From NCBI GenBank assembly GCA_036172245.1, contig JAYWIR010000050.1, positions 62,001 to 126,000 of the forward strand: a DNA stretch of 64,000 nt, written 5' to 3'. Within the stretch, counting starts at the first letter, position 1; each line of letters starts with the position of its first letter. Made by a program: the position numbers and the translations under genes. The DNA comes from Raillietiella orientalis. Lineage: Eukaryota. Positions 24,802 to 35,685 of the stretch are shown here, one piece after another. The notes beneath the pieces were generated by a model. The model worked only from the letters and a program-made list of their open reading frames with translations, made no database searches and had not been told where the DNA came from.

Positions 24802-26972
24802 TCGCCACGGCGCGCGTCACCATGCACGACCGGAGGTTCATGCCTTCGCAGATCCTCCTCTGTGACGTCGTCGTGTATATTCGGTTTGCCGGGCGAACCC
24901 CTGCTTGCGGCAACTGCGGGAAGGAGGGCCCCCGTCCGCGGAAGTGCCCAACACTCAGTTGCCGATATTGTAAGCTGCTCGTCCACTCGATTAACGAGTG
25001 CGCTGAGCTAAAACATGAGAGGAGGGCGAGAAACCTCTTTGCAACATCGCCGTCCGCGCCGACTCCATGCGCCCCGTCGTCGGGGAAGAAATCCGGCGCG
25101 AACGAGGTTCAGCAGTGGACAAGCACAAAGTCCGATTGCGCGGGCGTGTCCAAGAGCACTGCTCCTGAAAAGCCCGGGCAAAAGGACAATAAGCTCCTCC
25201 AAGCTACTAAAAACAAGACCCGAGCAAAGCATTCTGAAAAAAACCTCGGGCAGACTGCAAAACCGCCGCTTCTGTCCGCTCTCGCTTCGGAACGAAATAG
25301 CATTGGCACGCCCGGGAAGTCCACCAGAGCGTCGAAAAAGGGTTCGCGAGCCCCTTTGCACGCGACAAACAAGCCGGCCACTGCGGGCCGTACGCCAGCA
25401 AAGGTTGAAAAGCCTCGCACGACCTTCGAGAATCCCGCCACTCTGCCAGCGCCTTCCGGTAAGGAGGTGCTAAAGGTAGACGCGGCGAAGGAGACACTGG
25501 CCTCCATCGCCGTATCCGAGGCCTTGGAAAGCATGCGAAGGACCTTGGAAGCCCTCGCGCCCAACCGAGGCAAACCGGAAGGCGGTGAGGATGGCTGGAC
25601 CTTCGTCAAGGGAAAGAAGGAGCCCAAACCGCGCGATTCTTCCCACTACCCGATCAAAAAGGTAGGCGGGGTGAAGAGGCAGCCCGCGCGCCACGGAAGG
25701 CGCAAGAAAAAGCCTCTGCTGCCGCAGCACACGCCGTCGCAAACACCCGCGGCGAGAGGGGAGCTGCCGAAGCCGTGACTTCGAAAGGGGTATCGGCGAC
25801 GAAGACACCCTCTAAGAGTGCTGGACCAGCTCCGGGCTGCCAGCAAAAAAAGAGGCAGGCAAAACGCCCGCCGCGCGCGCGGAATTCGGACTCCGAGTTG
25901 GAGTCCGAGGGCAGCGCTAAGGCTCGCCAAGCCCCGGTCAAGGCCAGGGCTGCGCGCAAGCCAAAACTTGCCAGGCTAAAGTCTGATGCCGAGAACGGTT
26001 CCCGATGCTCCTCGGAGCCCGAGGCAATGGTCCTCGACTCCACCGAGCCAGCCACGAGCGGCGCGGCGGGGACAGGAAGCGCTTGCGCTCCCCCATCCGC
26101 CGTGCTCCCGGCTGATGCCTCGCCGGACGGGACGAGGAACGCACCTCCATGTCCGTAGCAGCAATGCGCGGTCTCGCTTCTTCCCGTCGCGTCCGAGTGG
26201 CCTGTTGGAACGTCAACGGGCTGCAGGACAACGTGAACAGGCGATTGGTTGCCAACGTCTTGCGCGACTTCGATCTGGCCCTGCTGCAGGAGATTCCCGC
26301 ACTCTCCGAGCAGCAAGCGGCCGATCTGCAAGTTCGCGCAGGCGGGACGCTCCATTGGAGGTTAGGCTCCCAGAATACCTGCGGAGTCGCATTCCTTGTC
26401 CGGGGCAGGGTGGCGGGAGCGGTGCGGAGCGTTTGTTTCTACGAGGAAGGTCGTGTGCACCAACTTGTTCTTAAGTGGTCCAAATCGTTTAATTTTGTAG
26501 TCACAAACGTGTACGCGCCGAGCGGCTCCGCGCGTCACACCGAGAAACTGGAGTTTTTCGAGAGACTGCGCGACCGCTGGCTCAGCAACTCCGGCCCCGA
26601 CGTGGCTTACCTCGTAGCCGGAGACTTCAACGTCCACGCGCTATCGGAGGAGTCTCACCGTCGCCGGGAAAAACGGCTGGTGAACGAGGTGTGCGCGTCG
26701 GTGCACGCCTCGAATTTGCTGGCTGACGATCCCGGGATGCGAGCTTTGCCGGATCATGTGTTCCTCGACGATCACCTGCATCGTCGGTTGGGTCGAAGAG
26801 GTCCCGTGCCGTCCGAGCTTTCCGACCACTACAGGCTGAAGTTTGAGCTACTCCCGCCTGGCAATGTCCCTCCGACGCACGTCTGGAGGTTGCCGGCCTA
26901 CTGGTTGTGAAATCCGGTGGCTGCGGAGCACCTCCGCCAGCATCTCCGGACCTTGGCCGTACGAGAGCTCGG
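24802..26972 (+). mobile_element. Tx1-like element: ORF1 C-terminal part plus APE endonuclease
   Basis: CGNC/CRYCKLLVH...C knuckles, low-complexity basic tail, then the APE ORF. Confidence 0.9.
26149..26910 (+). CDS. Apurinic-like (APE/EEP) endonuclease domain of ORF2, truncated
   Basis: WNVNGL, LLQE, NVYAP, GDFN, DH, SDH, WRL motifs. Confidence 0.92.
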   Translation: MSVAAMRGLASSRRVRVACWNVNGLQDNVNRRLVANVLRDFDLALLQEIPALSEQQAADLQVRAGGTLHWRLGSQNTCGVAFLVRGRVAGAVRSVCFYEEGRVHQLVLKWSKSFNFVVTNVYAPSGSARHTEKLEFFERLRDRWLSNSGPDVAYLVAGDFNVHALSEESHRRREKRLVNEVCASVHASNLLADDPGMRALPDHVFLDDHLHRRLGRRGPVPSELSDHYRLKFELLPPGNVPPTHVWRLPAYWL

Positions 26973-26973
26973 T

Positions 26974-29900
26974 TTTCACCCGGTTGCGCCGGGGCGTTTA
27001 TTCTTTCGAATAAAACAAACGTTGGTGGCTGACCAGGTGGTCCGACCACGCACTGGTATACAAAATTAAGCCTGCCGGGTCACCGGTTCGTATTCCGGTA
27101 TGGTCCACCACGACAGCAGAGGGCCCAAGGACAAAACAAAGAATAAAACAAAAATAAAAATATATAAAATCAAGATCTGGGGGGCACGGCAAGGGATCAC
27201 AGTCTGCTGTGGGGCCGTTACTCCTTTGCAGGATGCAGGCAAGCTGTTTTTGGATGTTTGAATCCAGATGGGTCCATCCTGTCGCCGTCCGCATCAATTC
27301 GGCTGCGCACTGGACGGCACCCTTATCGCGAGGTCCTCTCGTTGCTTTGCTCCATGCAGCGACGATCCCGCGAAAGCAGCACAGAGCTGCTAACGAGGCC
27401 GATGGCCGAAGGGCGTCGCAAACGAAGAGGGATCTAACTGCGTCTCTGGGTTTGCCACAGGGGATACCGATTGAGGTGCGTGAGGGACTCCCGTTCTCCA
27501 CACCTCGCACAATTAGGGCTCACCGCTCCCCAGGTCCAATGGTGTCGGCGGGCGTTGCAGGGGAGTCCCCAATGCAGCAACAACAGCGCCGACACCTGAC
27601 ATTTTAAGGGGAGGATGGAGGTGTTCATCAGCACCGGGGGACACTTTTACTGTTCCCGCGGAACATTTAGCAGCTCACCCCAGCGCAAAAGTCTAATAGG
27701 GGTGGTAGTCCGGGCCGCGGTATCGCAGAGAATTCCCGTTTTCCATTCCCCGATCTTTTTCTCCGTATGGAAGATTTTAACGTAAACATCCCATTTCGCA
27801 GCAGTCTTGCCGTTCAAATGTTCCGCGAGCGGAAACAGCAGTGCAGCCAGGGGAGTTTTTCTTGCCCACGCTCGTTTTGGGGGGCTCTCCAGGACCTCCC
27901 GAAGCGTCAGGCGGTCATTACGGGCGAAGAATTGTCTCTGCCCTTCTTGGGTGCGTTGCTGTTTGCTCCTTGCCCACGTCTGAATTGTTTCCTGCAGCCA
28001 TGCAGGTCCGTTAACGGGACGACAGCAGAGCCATTCTGCGTTCTTCCTCATCAGGTCAGGCACTCTCCGTAGCTGCAACCCGCAGTGACCGACTTGGCGG
28101 CGCCGACGGAGCGCAAGGAAGGATGACTGTCCCACCTTGCCTGTAGCCTGCTCGACGAGGAGACGTGCGGGCTCTCACCAACTGCTGCTCCAATATTTCG
28201 CCACTAGGGCGAGTAACCGAAACTGGAGCTGGAGCTCCAGTCGCTCTAGCGTCAGGAGGCCGAGACTGCCGTCCCGACGCAGAGCGCTCAAGTCCTCAAG
28301 CCGGACTCGGGCTCTCCCATTACCCCACAGGGCAATCCTTAGGAGGTCCTTCGTCCGCTTTTTAGTCTCTGTGGTTGCGAGCCACACACAAAGCAGGGAA
28401 CGGAGGAGGGGCGCCGCAAATGCGTTCCACACCGCGGCCCGTTCCGGCAGGAAAAACCTGCGGCCTTGGAACGGGCCGATCGCCGTCTCTACCTTTTGAA
28501 GGCAGCTGGACCACGCATCCAAAGGGAGATAATCACCCATCGGTACACCGAGGTACTTGAAGTACCGTACCGTAGGGATCCCCAAACGGTCCCAGTCCGG
28601 CTGCCCGGCGCACGCCGCGCCGATTGGCATGACGGACGACTTCGACCTGTTCACCTCAAGCCCGGTTCCCCGACTTTGCCGGTCGAAGAACTCCTCGACC
28701 CCCGATGCCGGGGTGGACGTAGGGAGCAGCAGCAGTAGGTCGTCCGCATATGCTGACACCGCGGGCGTACCGGGATAGTCGCGCGGCAGGTGCGCCAGAG
28801 TTCCCCTGTACGCTCTCAGTACCAACTCGAAGTAGGTACTGAAGAGCAAGGGACTCAGGCTGTCTCCCTGCCGTATGCCGCGTCGCACCGGTACGCCGTG
28901 CACGGTGTGTCCACTGAAAAAGATCTGGATGAGCGCGTCGCGCCAGCAGGATCGCAGGTAGGTCAGCAAAGAGACCGGGAAGCCCAAGCGTTCCAGGAGC
29001 TCCAGGAGGAGCCTCTGGTCGACACAGTCGAATGCTTTATGCAAATCGACTGCGACTGCGAGGGCTCCCTCCCCTCCCCAACCATCCCGTTTCCTAGCGG
29101 CGGACATTCCGGAAGTCAGGTTGCCCATCCTGACTCTTTCCTGTTGGAGCGCGAAAAAGGTGCTGGCGAGGAACAGGCTGGCATCCATGTTCCGCCCGGG
29201 AACAGCATACGTCTGCTCCGGGATAATGAAGCTTCCCGGTAACCGCCCCAGGCGTTCAGCCCACAATTTCACCAGCAACTTGGCGTCCGCGTTTATCACG
29301 GTAATCGGCCCCCATTTGCCCATGCTCCGAAGGTCTCCTCCCTTAGGGAGGAGACGCACCTTTGCCGAACGAAACGAGGCGGGGACGTCGCCCGTTTTGC
29401 GGATCAGCAAGGTGAGTTTCTTCACCAGAGGAGTGAGCTCTGCCGCCAAACATTGGAAAAATTCCGCTGTTAGGCCGTCCTCCCCTTGAGCCTTCCGCCT
29501 CTCGAGCTTTCCGATGGCCCAGATGATCTCGCTCATCGTGAAAGGCTCGTCGAGGGTCTTTCTATCTTCCTCTCCGATCGCCAAAGCGCCTTCCGGAAGA
29601 AGAAGTTGCGAGACATCCCGTTCCGGTGGAGCGCGCGCGTACAGGGAGGAGTAGAATTTTTTTAATAAGCCTTTTACCTGGGCGGGGGCCGAGTGCTCCG
29701 AGCCCTGGTCCTCCAGTAAGCTGGCTGACCCGGATTGCCACGCCTGCCTCTCGGCTCCCGCACGTATTCGGCTAGCCTGCGTACGTCTGGTGTTCGCGCG
29801 TAACATCGAGATAGTAAATACCATCTCTCGTTACGCACGCTTTCACCAAACCCGGCAGGCAGGAGGTTCATAGGGAACTCCTCGCAAAAATTCCGGACCG

Positions 29901-30535
29901 AGCGCTTGAAGCGGTCCCATTCCTGAAGCGTCTGCAAGCTGAAACCTCGTATGAATCCGCGGAGATGCTCCGTGGCTTCCGGAAGTTTCAGACAGTCCCC
30001 CGGTAAGCGCCACGCAGATGACGACGGACCCCTATCGCGTGGGCGCACCTCGAGTACGATCCGGTCATGGTCGGACAGTTCCGACGGCAACTTGCCGCGC
30101 CTACCCACGCGTGAGCATAGGTGCTGGTCAAGAAACATGTCACCTATGCTGTCGGCCATTTCCGGATCTCGCGCGAACAAGTTGCGCGTGTGCATCTCTG
30201 CGCACAGCTCGTTCACACGGTCCCGAAGTGTGTCGGACGCACCTGACAGCAGGCGCAGGTTAAAGTCTCCTGCGATTAGGTGCGCTTTGCGCACTCCCGC
30301 TTCGTCCAGATATTCGCGTCTCAGGGTAAGGAAGAAATCTCTCCTCGCCTTCGCCCTTAGCGCGTCGCTGCCGCTTGGGGCGTACACGTTGGTAATGACC
30401 AGATCGATGGAGTCGGACCACCTGATGGTCAACTGCCAGACGCGACCGGCACTATCGAACCGTACGTCCTTTGCCGCAGCCTCGACAGCTGGACGAAGCA
30501 GGAACGCGACATTCCAAGATTTAACGGTGCCGCAA
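26974..30535 (-). mobile_element. Near-complete Tx1/L1-like ORF2 (APE-RT-zinc finger) with 3' end, frameshifted
   Basis: NVYAP/GDFN/SDH (29674-30432); KAQGEDG, LLPKGGD, VDLHKAFD, YADD, KYLG (28175-29824); ends CCGGGTGAAA. Confidence 0.96.
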
Positions 30536-30539
30536 CGTC

Positions 30540-31373
30540 ACAGCAGCCGGACGGGTCAGCTGACTGACCCTGCCACTCCTAGTACTCCTCCTCATGAATT
30601 TCTGCGCCGTTGCGCGCTGCTCGACGTTCCCATTGAACGTCTGAAGTGGCTTCCGTTAATTATGAACATTTATACCCTCCCCGTAGAATGGCAGGAGTCG
30701 ACTCTCCTGCTGCAGCACTGGGGACTCCCTTGCAACGTTCGCCGACACCACTGGACTTGGGGAGCGGTGAACCCCAATTGTGTCAGGTGTGGGGAACGGG
30801 ATTCCCTCCCCCACCTGCTTGTGGATTGTGTTGCACTTCGGCTTTTTTGGTTTCGCTTTGCTTCGGTCATCGGAATCCACTGCGGCAACCCCAGGGACTC
30901 TCTGAAAGCCCTATTCGTTGCTGACGCTTTTCGGCCAGCGGCCTCGATAGCGGCCTTGTGCTGCCTTCGCGGGATCGTCGCCGCATGGAGCACGGCTACG
31001 GGAGGACAACGCGACCAGGGTGACATCCAGCCAGCCTCCCAATTCTTGAGGATAGCGTCGCGATGGCCCCACCTGGATCTAAACATACAGCAAGAGCTTG
31101 CCGGCATCCTGAGAAGGATGCAACGACCCCAGCAGCAACTGTGATTCCTTCCTGTACCCTCCCACTTTTTCGTTTTTTTTTGTTTAGTTTTTTGTTTTTG
31201 TTTTTTTGTTTTTTCCCTTCCCCCTGCTGCGTTTTGGACCGTACCGGTCTGCGATCCGGTGACCTGGCAGACTCTGTGTTCGTTCGTGCGTGGCTGGAGC
31301 ATTGGTCCAGCCACTGCACGTCTTTGTAAAAGTTTATTCTCTCAAGAAACGTTTCGGCGAAATCCGGGTGAAA
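30540..31373 (+). mobile_element. Tx1-like ORF2 C-terminus and 3' UTR
   Basis: CVRCGERDSLPHLLVDC; T-rich UTR; ends CCGGGTGAAA. Confidence 0.9.
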
Positions 31374-33026
31374 GTCGAATGCTTCATACAAATCTACTGC
31401 GACTGCCAAGGCTCCCGGCCTTTCTCCCGTCCGTCCGCACTGGCGCTCGCAGTCGGCAGAAGGTCTAGCCGCTGTTCGGCTGTCCGCCGCAACGCGCTCT
31501 TGCAGCTGCCACCAGGTGCGCGCGAAAAGAAGGTTCGCATCCATGCATCTACCCGGTACAGCGTAAGACTGCTCCGGGCTTACCACGGACTCCGCCACTT
31601 TCCCTAGGCGCGTGACCTGATCGGAGGATACACGCGTTGCCTATGCGACCGCTAGGAGTTCTTCTGTAGCAGTTTCCTCCGTGGCCGCGGCGGGTGCTAA
31701 GTTCGCGCGCGAGGTATGTGCGTTTACAGGCTGTGTGCTGGTGGCAGTAGGCGCCTGGGGCATCTTGACCGCGGAGGGTTGAGATGGCGCGGAGTTCTTT
31801 GCCAGCGGGCGCGACTTTCCTGTGCCGGGTGAAGGGCCGCATGCCACTCCGTTATCCGTGCCCTTGATGCGAGGCTTTTCGATTACAAAGGCGAGAGTAG
31901 GATTTTTTTTCGCCTTCGGCACAATCACCCGTGATTTTCGAGGCTCGCTGCGACCTCTTGCGGAAGGGTCGCATTCTTCGCGAGCCTCCGTCGGTTCGGC
32001 AGCCTCAGACATCGTTACGACGCGCATTTTTGTTTTCCACCCCTTTTTTTTGGGGGGGGGAAGAGATAATTCTCTGTGCTTGCGCGCTCGCTGCTTTCGC
32101 GACGCTGTTCGAAGTTTTGAAGTTTGCTTTTTTCGAGTCGCGGCGTTCATTTTGCGTTGCGATACTTGCATCATTTCTGTGCTTTTTGATTTTAACCAGG
32201 AGTTCCGCGCACATTTATTTTGGCAATAGGCCGAGGGGCACTTCGTAATGCGGTGTTTCTATTGCCCGCATTCCGCACAGACACGCGTTTGCTCCGCCAA
32301 CCACAGGCAAACGGTCATTCCATCCACCTGCAGTTGTGTGGGCATTGCCCGGCGATCCGCCATCATTACTCGCACTTGCGCGAGTCCGCTGTGGTGGTCT
32401 TCGAAACCCTTAGCAGGGTGCGGCAACCTCCACAGCGCGTGGACGCTGGCGAATTTTTCAAGGACCTCAACGACCTGGAGGTCCGAAAGGTCCTTGCTCA
32501 GTCCACTCAGCCGGACAACGAACGACCGGTCCGTTGTGATGGATAGTATTTCCTGCCCACGAATGAGCAGCGGCGTGTGCAGCAGACGCTACGTAAAAAG
32601 AGCATCCTTACTGGACACCTAATAGTAGCCACACCCACTCATGGGCATGATGGACTCCAGCTGGCCTTTTTGAACTCCAATCCTATGGAGTTCCTGGCCA
32701 AACTCGCGCCCAACCCGCTCAGGCATAAGAACACTTACCTTATGCCTGAGTGCAGGCTTGTTGCCATTTGCTACATACGTCTGAAGCTCAGTGCCGTCGG
32801 GAGAAGGTCCCATCACAGCCGCGAGGGCAGCGACCTGGGCGAATCTCCTCGCTGTCGGCGAGGATAGTGGCTCCTTGCGAACAGACGAAGCCGCCATCGC
32901 AGAAGCAAATGCCGTTCCCTTCTTGCTGCTTATGTTCTTCTTTGCCCCTATTGCAGCACAGAAGCTCAGTAGATCAAAAACACACAAGAATCAGTCTTGC
33001 ACGGAGCGACGCAAAAGCACGTCCGT
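31374..33026 (-). mobile_element. Tx1-like ORF1 (frameshifted, ~31640-32990) followed by a short RT fragment (31374-31612)
   Basis: PEQSYAVPGR...AVDLYEAFD; gag homology with knuckle remnants; 5' motif at 33011-33026. Confidence 0.85.
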
Positions 33027-34210
33027 ACGTGGCCGACGCTGATGATAGAATGCGGGAATGTCCCGGTTTCCTTCCCCTCAGAGAAGGTGCGCCTCCTGTT
33101 GAAAGGCGGAGACTTGCGGCATCTTGGCAACTGACTTCCGATCACCCTGGTCAACTTGTATTTGCTTATGTGGGTCGCGCGGTTAAGAAATATCGCGGAA
33201 TCCTTGGTGAGCCTGGAACAAACCTACACGGTTCCCGGACGATCCATCCAGCATCCTTCTCGCGCGTACTTGGATGCAGCCACAGGACGTAACCTAGTGC
33301 ATGAACAGGCATGAGGGCTAGCAAATGCTCCTCCCGCACTCCCGCACGGAAGCGTTCGTCCGCGTACTTATGCCCTTCTGAGCCTACCCCATTTACATTA
33401 TAGCGGAGAGCAGGTCTGTAGCCCAGGACTACGTGGACCTGCAGCTGCGCATCGTCAGGGCGGCGTCCTTGTACGGCTGCTGCTGCAGCAACGTCTGTGA
33501 AGCTCCTCTCCGAAGGCGAAGGGCTCTCAATGGCTGTCGCCATGGGGTTCACTCCTGGAAGTACCGGAATCACAGGCTCGCCGACTTCCACGTTTGCTTG
33601 TACACTGCTCATCCTCAGGACTAAAAAGTGGGAAGCACAAGAGCAAACAAACAGCGGAGCAAAGGAACGACACGAAAACACTTCCGACTCTCACAGTGGC
33701 GTAGATTAAGGTCATCTTCCATCAGATGCGTTATGCGAACGCCCGTTTTAGTAAGCCATTCGCTTCTCAGAACAAGGCAAAGTTCTCTTCTTGCTTTTGC
33801 TCTTAACGCGCCATTGCCGATAGAAGTGCGCAAATTGCTGATGACTTGACCCTCGGAGTCGGACCACACCAGAGCCAGTTGGCCGACACTACAGGCACAA
33901 TCGAATCGCACTCCCTTTTCCGAAGATTCGAGGGCTGGCCGAAGCAAGAAAGCGATGCCTCAAGATTTGACGGTGCCGCAACGCCACAGCGGCCTCCCAT
34001 TTGATATCCGTTCGATTCTTACAGGCTTAATCTGCAGAGATCACGTGGATCTTCTGTAGTAGCATAAGGTCCAAGGATGGTACAGTGGCGGTCACGTCAA
34101 GTCTCTTGCCGTCTTTTCTCTCAACCCATTCATGTTTAAACAGGCCATCAGCAGACTGCGACAAGAGACGATTTTCGGCATTAAGTCTGAAAAAGTGGCA
34201 TTGCATCACA
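33027..34210. mobile_element. Nested fragments: RT (+, ~33027-33265), ORF1 5' part (-, ~33265-33686), APE (-, ~33690-34210)
   Basis: KVRLLLKGGDLR..PITL; YRPALRY; ALRAKARRE...DLNLR. Confidence 0.75.
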
Positions 34211-34619
34211 CGCCAAAGGAGAGGTAGGCGAAATCTCCACGGGTAGGACGGTCATCTCATTCACCTGCAGCACCTGGGGAACGGCTTCTCCTTTCCATTC
34301 CTTCCGCGTCTAAGCGTGGAGTTTTCTAGGGCGAAAGTTTCCAGAAGTTGTCAAAGTTTATCACTTCCTCGCTACCAAAATCCTCTCTTCCCCTTCGATA
34401 GGGGGTTTGTGACCTTCATCTGCGGAATCATCTGGTTAGAAATCCTTCGGGATGTTTCGGACTTAACTCTACACTTTCGGCGTGGTGCTTCGTCGACGGA
34501 AGGTCCTTTTCCGGCATCCGCGTCGGAGTCTGAAATCTCCGACCCAATAATTGACGCGGGACGCCTCAAGGATTATTTCGAGACCTTGATGAGTCCCTCC
34601 AGCAAGGGAGCGAGATCCT

Positions 34620-35685
34620 AGACTTCTCGCTAAACAGCAAGTCAACCATCAACGGACACGACACGTCTGTCATGAGGATAGAGAGCGATATCCGCCAAGG
34701 AGACGCTTTTAGTTCGATACTGTTCCTGGTGTCCATAAAGGCAGTGTAGTCACTGGTGCACTGTGGCGGCCGTCTTTAAGTACTTTGACTAGGCGAAGAC
34801 AGACTGATGGACCTGGTGCATGCCGACGATCTCCTTTTCTTCCTAAATGGAGAGAGGCAACAGTAAACGGTCCACGATGCTGCTCAAGTTTATGGAAAGA
34901 GGTCTGTGCTTGAAGATCAACGCTCAGAAATCGCAGCAACTGCCCATCGGAATCCTGGACCTTTCCACCTTAACGGAGACAGGATTCTGAGTTGTGGACG
35001 ACATTACGTACCTAAGAATCCACATTGGTGCCGCCTCGGCTTTGCAACACACGTGGAAATAAATCCTGGGGTAAACGAGAGAGGCGGCTGCAAACTACGT
35101 CCCACTCGACGTTTGTCTTTGTCTGTGTACGTTCCCAAGCTTCTCTTCAGGAAGGCCTTATGCCGTCTGGACGAAGCCACGAGTAAGGAGAGGAACTACA
35201 GCAAAAAATACTTTGGAAAGAGCTTAAGCCGCGAGTAAGGCTAAAACTGCTGTAACGACCGCGAGACAAAGGCGGCACCGGGATGAAACCGCTCCAGCGA
35301 TGCGTGGATCTGCTGGACGTGTGATAAATCCTGAATCTGGCCACCAAATGGGACGAGTGTACGTGTGCGGCGGAGCAGGGAGCCCACTCGCAGCTGTTCA
35401 GCAATTCGGGAGGTCTGAGATCTGTCAATATTAGGAAGAGACGGACAGGAGGGGAACATCGATTCCACTTGGGAACGCGAACAGGCACTGGTGAACATCC
35501 ACGATCTCAAAATAGTGCCTAGAAGTAAAAACATATGAAGAGACCAACTAGTGAATATCATCCCATGCTTCCCGCGCGTCCTTCGGGACACCCAAAAGTG
35601 GTTGTTGGACAGGCCAAAGATGACCATGAAGGACTGCGGACCGTTTGAGACCAATGACGATCGCCAGAAAATGCGGATGCGGATG
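34620..35685 (+). mobile_element. Second L1-like family, RT fragment (34821-35685 mirrored at ~55259-56105)
   Basis: IRQGDAFSSILF, HADDLL, RPRDKGGTG; mirror copy reads YLGIHIG. Confidence 0.8.

Noticed and set aside
20040..29824. Bacterial RT systems (retron, group II intron, DGR)
   Set aside because: The RTs are linked to an APE endonuclease, CCHC gag and C-terminal zinc finger, the standard L1/Tx1 layout.
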